This document shows, one piece after another, positions 47,597 through 51,753 of a DNA stretch of 51,753 nt. How positions within the stretch are numbered: the first letter of the stretch is position 1; the number at the start of each line of letters is the position of its first letter. The DNA comes from Cirrosporium novae-zelandiae (Eukaryota), in assembly GCA_026023565.1 (NCBI GenBank), contig JAPETS010000011.1:744001-795753 (forward strand), written 5' to 3'. Made by a program: the position numbers and the translations under genes. Under the pieces are notes generated by a model. The model saw only the letters and a list, made by a program, of their open reading frames with translations. It was not told the origin of the DNA and searched no databases.

Positions 47597-50500
47597 GATA
47601 GCGGCAGCGAGATATATGCTAATGGGGAACTAGAAATCTACTCTTTCTTGAGCACACGAAGTTGCATTAGGACATTTATCATAGATTGAAAGTTTAAAAA
47701 GCATATAGGTTGTAAAACAATTTCTCTCATCTTCTCTCTAAGTAATCATAAAAAAAACCCCCCCCCTACGAGGTAAATAGAGAAAGAAACAAAAGGTTAA
47801 AAACCATCAACAAACCTTCTCAAAATAAATCAAAAAGTTCACAAAAAACTTAAAAAAAAAAAGGAAATAACGCGAACTTTACACCAACTACCTACTTCAT
47901 TTAAACCCTCGAAAAAAAAAACGCGTTTCCCTTTCTTTCTTTTAATTAACGTTACCTATCCAAGCTTCCATCACCATCACCATCACCATCCCATCTCCGA
48001 AACCTGGTTTAACCAATTAACTACCTAGGTAACAAACTAATAATTACATCCGCCTCTTTCTCTCAACTCTCTCACCGCCCAACAGAATCAGGAAATAGAT
48101 CCGCAAACGAATAAACAAAAAAAACCCCAGCTTAACCCGTTTTCGAGACCCCCGAGGGTGTCACATCGCGCGCGTTCGCGTTTCCGCGCTTTGTTTTCTT
48201 TCTTGCTCGTTTCGTTGGGTTCTGATTAGGTATCTTTCTCTCTCTCTCTCATACGATGGATGATAAGGATTGGAGATTAGATTGGGAGATTTGGATGTCG
48301 AGGTGTTGTCGTGCATGTGCACGTGCAGCTTGCTTACTATGTGTGTAGCTGTTGTAGTTATGTAGTTAGTCATGTAGTTGGGTATATGATAAGAGTTGCT
48401 TTTGTTTTTGTTTTTGTGAGTTGGGTTGGGTGTGTGTATAGGTAATATGATGCAATTGTTGTGTGGCATTGAGGTTTTCATTTTTTTTATTTCTATGGTT
48501 TTTGGCTGCATATATAACATGTGTATTTCGCTTCCTTAAAAGAATATCAAAGTAAAAAAGAAGTAGGTATATACCTTGAAATTGGTATTCAAAAGGGAAT
48601 TGTTATCCATAGAGGGATTTGATATACTTGAGCTTGATGGACGTGAGTGAGTGGGTGAGTGAGTGGTTGTGACATTAGATTGAGTAGAAAAGTGGCATTT
48701 TGTGTTTGCGATTGGAGGATCTGTAGCCATTATCATATCTGAAGGAATTTCTGTTCCATGGCTATTGGATGAATTGGAGAGCACATGATGTTATAAAAGA
48801 GGGAAATAGATGGATTTTGTCTGGATATTGGAATGCTATATAGTAAAAGATAGTATGGCTATCCTTAAGGTACATTTGCTATTGTTGCTTTATATCAGAT
48901 TCTTACCTCTTGCGAGTGATGAGATTAGAATTAAGATGTCTTTGGTGAATGGTGTGGCGTAAATGGCCGATAGTTGAGATGTTACACCTATAGCTTACTT
49001 AGCTATATTGGAAGATTTTTTTGTAGTTGTCTGTGGTATTGATATCGGTTATTAAACCTGAGAAGGAGTTGGGTCTTGTAGGCTAATGTCTGAAGCCATC
49101 AACTCGTTCACTGCATAGCTTTGTGGGTTGATCTATATAGCTGCTAGAGAGAACCGTGAAGATGCTGGACTGGAAAGATAGGTTGTATAAGAATCATGGT
49201 GTTACCAAGTAAGTACCTTGGAGATTAATGTAATGGTTCCTATAACGGTTGAGGGTCGTTCATGGATGATATGTAGTGGAGAGTCTGGCACATGCTAGAC
49301 AGGGAGGGAAAATCAAATCCTCACCAAGTACCTGAATAGCGTTTACATGCTCGATATTCTGATAGGATAGGATAACCTTCGCCTTACTTTAAATACAGAC
49401 TGATAAATGTCCCTAGGTGTCCCTTGATGTACCACATTCTGGACTCATATGCAATTGTGTCAACAGGATTCGTAACCGTAGTCTGTACTCTGTACGACCA
49501 TCATAACTAAACTCAACGGCATTATCCCCTCATACTATCAGCCACTTCTTCCCTTGCCGTATTTTGTGAACTCGACTCGGCATCCGGCAAGCCGACACGG
49601 CCATGTATAACCATAAACGGTTGTAGGTGCAAGTACCCATTCACAATCAACGAAAGAGTCCTCTTAGTAACAGGATCTTGCCAGCAAGAAGGTTGAATAT
49701 ACTTGGTATTTGGTTTGAGCAACGAGAAGGCTGGAATTGTGAAGGTTCGTCATGTTGCTAGATAATTGGGAGATGAAAATCAGTGGTACATAATTATACG
49801 TAAAATGTTGCATGGTGTTGTCTAGTCAAAGCCATGACTGGAAGGGTCGTGGCTAGCGGGGGCTAATGTTGAAAATGATTGATATTTCGGTCCTGCTGCA
49901 GTTTTCATCACAGCTTGGTGAGGTGTACTTATTTCACAAGGATATAAATCCCTATTTTGTAGTTTATGGTGGAGACTGGAGGTGAGCGTACTATAGGGTT
50001 TGTGCTCACAGTTCAGAGATTGATGTTGTTTCAAGTCAGGTCCACCAAGGTTTATAATTCCAATCCCAATCGAAAATATTAGGAAGAATTGAACAGGCAA
50101 CGGAAGAGAGTCGTAAGTTGTAACACGCATATGTACCTTGTTGTCCAATTGGCTATGACTGTTGATGTTGTCATTTCAGGTGTTGCTTTTGGGGGTGGGT
50201 CTTTTTGGTGGCATGTCAAGACCAAATGGAAGGCCGAAAGACTGAGCCAAAGGGGCGGAAGGCCGGGCAGGTCCTTGGGACCCAGTCGTACCAGTGTTGA
50301 TCCCGCTCAATCAGAATCTGGGGGGGAGAGACGTGAGCACGGATGGGTATCCTAATGGTGCGTAATGAAGGCTAAGTTGATAGTTATGGATAGTTATGGC
50401 GCGGTGGTGGCACTGGGGGAGGTCAAGTTGATCTCCCGGCGCCCGTGTAGTGGATTTTACTAACCGCAGTCAATTTTTGAAACAACTCAATTTTGCATTT

Positions 50501-51582
50501 TGAATTTTGAATAGTTTTTAGGGCATAGGGTATAGGGCAAAGGAAATGTCTTAATTAAGATGACGAGATTTGATAATTAATTGGATGCCAACCATGACGA
50601 CGAAGTTCGGATGAATGGTGAGATGGGTTGATCTTGAGCATTTGATGGTATCCATTCATTACACGATAAGCTGCAGACCCAAGGAATCGAGCTGAATATC
50701 TTATTGATCTGGAATGACCTTTTCGTACGACTTCATCATCATCGGCAGCGTAATCGGAGAAGAACAATATGGGAAAGTAGAAGATGTGGCGAAAATAAAT
50801 GAATGATACGGATGAAATAGGAAAGTCTCGGACGAAACCACCGGTCCTATCATACATACTTAGGTATCTAGATAATCATGTTACTCACAGCCTACTGGAT
50901 TACAAAGATAACAAATGCTAGAGGCAATAAATAGACTTTTTTAATTATCATAATCATCATCATCATTATTGTTAATTCTATTTTAATAAAAATCAAATCA
51001 AATAAAAAGGGGAGGTGAGATATAATTAATTATTGTTATGGTTATTTATGTACGGTATGTATGTACTTGTATGTATGTTGTGCCATTCAGATGACCAACC
51101 CCTGGATCGTCAAAGTACTGTATCTCTTAATTAGTTAGTACCAAAACAAAAGTAACAAATACATCGTCTTTACGAAGCCAACTCTCCTTTAACTACGCCA
51201 TGTCCGGAATGCCCGCAAACCTAGAGTTCGGAAAGCCAAGTCAGTCAGCTGGACTCTATGTTCTTCTAAAAAGCCCCTTGGACAACCCGTGGACACTCTA
51301 AGCAGCCGCCTGCAGTGCTGTTGCAAAAGGTTATCGTAGCGACCCGATAGTTAAAGTGTAAATCTATTCTGTGGGAATACGTAAAGAGATAAGAGGTGGC
51401 TCACCCCAAATGCAGGGAAAAGAAACCACGCATGTCTTAAGAAAAATATGATAGAGGCAGTCATCTTTCGATCATATCTTCAGCCACCGAGAATAATAAT
51501 AATAATAATAATATTAAAAGATGGGAGGGGGGAAAGTTGGTCGGCAAAGGAAGAAGTAGAAGAAGAAGGATGTGTATGGTAT

Positions 51583-51753
51583 GTACTGTATGTAATGTAT
51601 GTACTGTATGTACTGTGTGTACTGTGTGTACTGTGTGTACTGTGTGTACTGTGTGTACTGTGTGTACTGTGTGTACTGTGTGTACTGTGTGTACTGTGTG
51701 TACTGTGTGTACTGTGTGTACTGTGTGTACTGTGTGTACTGTGTGTACTGTGT
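51583..51753. repeat. 9-bp minisatellite (GTACTGTGT) x16 perfect copies preceded by GTACTGTAT variants, running off the window end
   Basis: Perfect array 51610-51753 read directly. Confidence 0.95.

Noticed and set aside
47700..51500. Short ORFs after the AAA_28 gene (for example 49522-49722, 50555-50857)
   Set aside because: No recognisable motifs or consistent exon chain could be built by eye

Overview
Eukaryotic DNA from a filamentous ascomycete (Pezizomycotina-type genes with short GT-AG introns and CTAAC/CTGAC branch sites; many microsatellites). Intact recognisable genes: a secreted GH13 alpha-amylase-like enzyme with altered conserved regions, a CRAL-TRIO/Sec14 protein, a GRGGAGN-repeat (DUF3602) protein, a Nudix hydrolase, a SnoaL/NTF2-like protein, Ku80, a TMEM205/DUF4149 membrane protein with a MITE in its intron, a Ser/Thr-rich single-pass membrane protein, the cell-wall-integrity MAPKK (Mkk1/2), topoisomerase III and a NadR/AAA_28-type P-loop protein. 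The most unusual signal is at 20078-20885: a very divergent histone H3-fold protein with CenH3-like substitutions and an acidic tail, whose fold is only completed by splicing a non-canonical GA-AG intron. An accessory block at about 35-44.2 kb holds a second MITE copy, a Pro/Ser-rich ORF with PP1-docking-like motifs followed by phased CCGACAA repeats, a decayed Upf1-like SF1 helicase, and LTR-retrotransposon remnants. No rRNA, tRNA or CRISPR was seen. All calls come from manual motif recognition; no searches were run.
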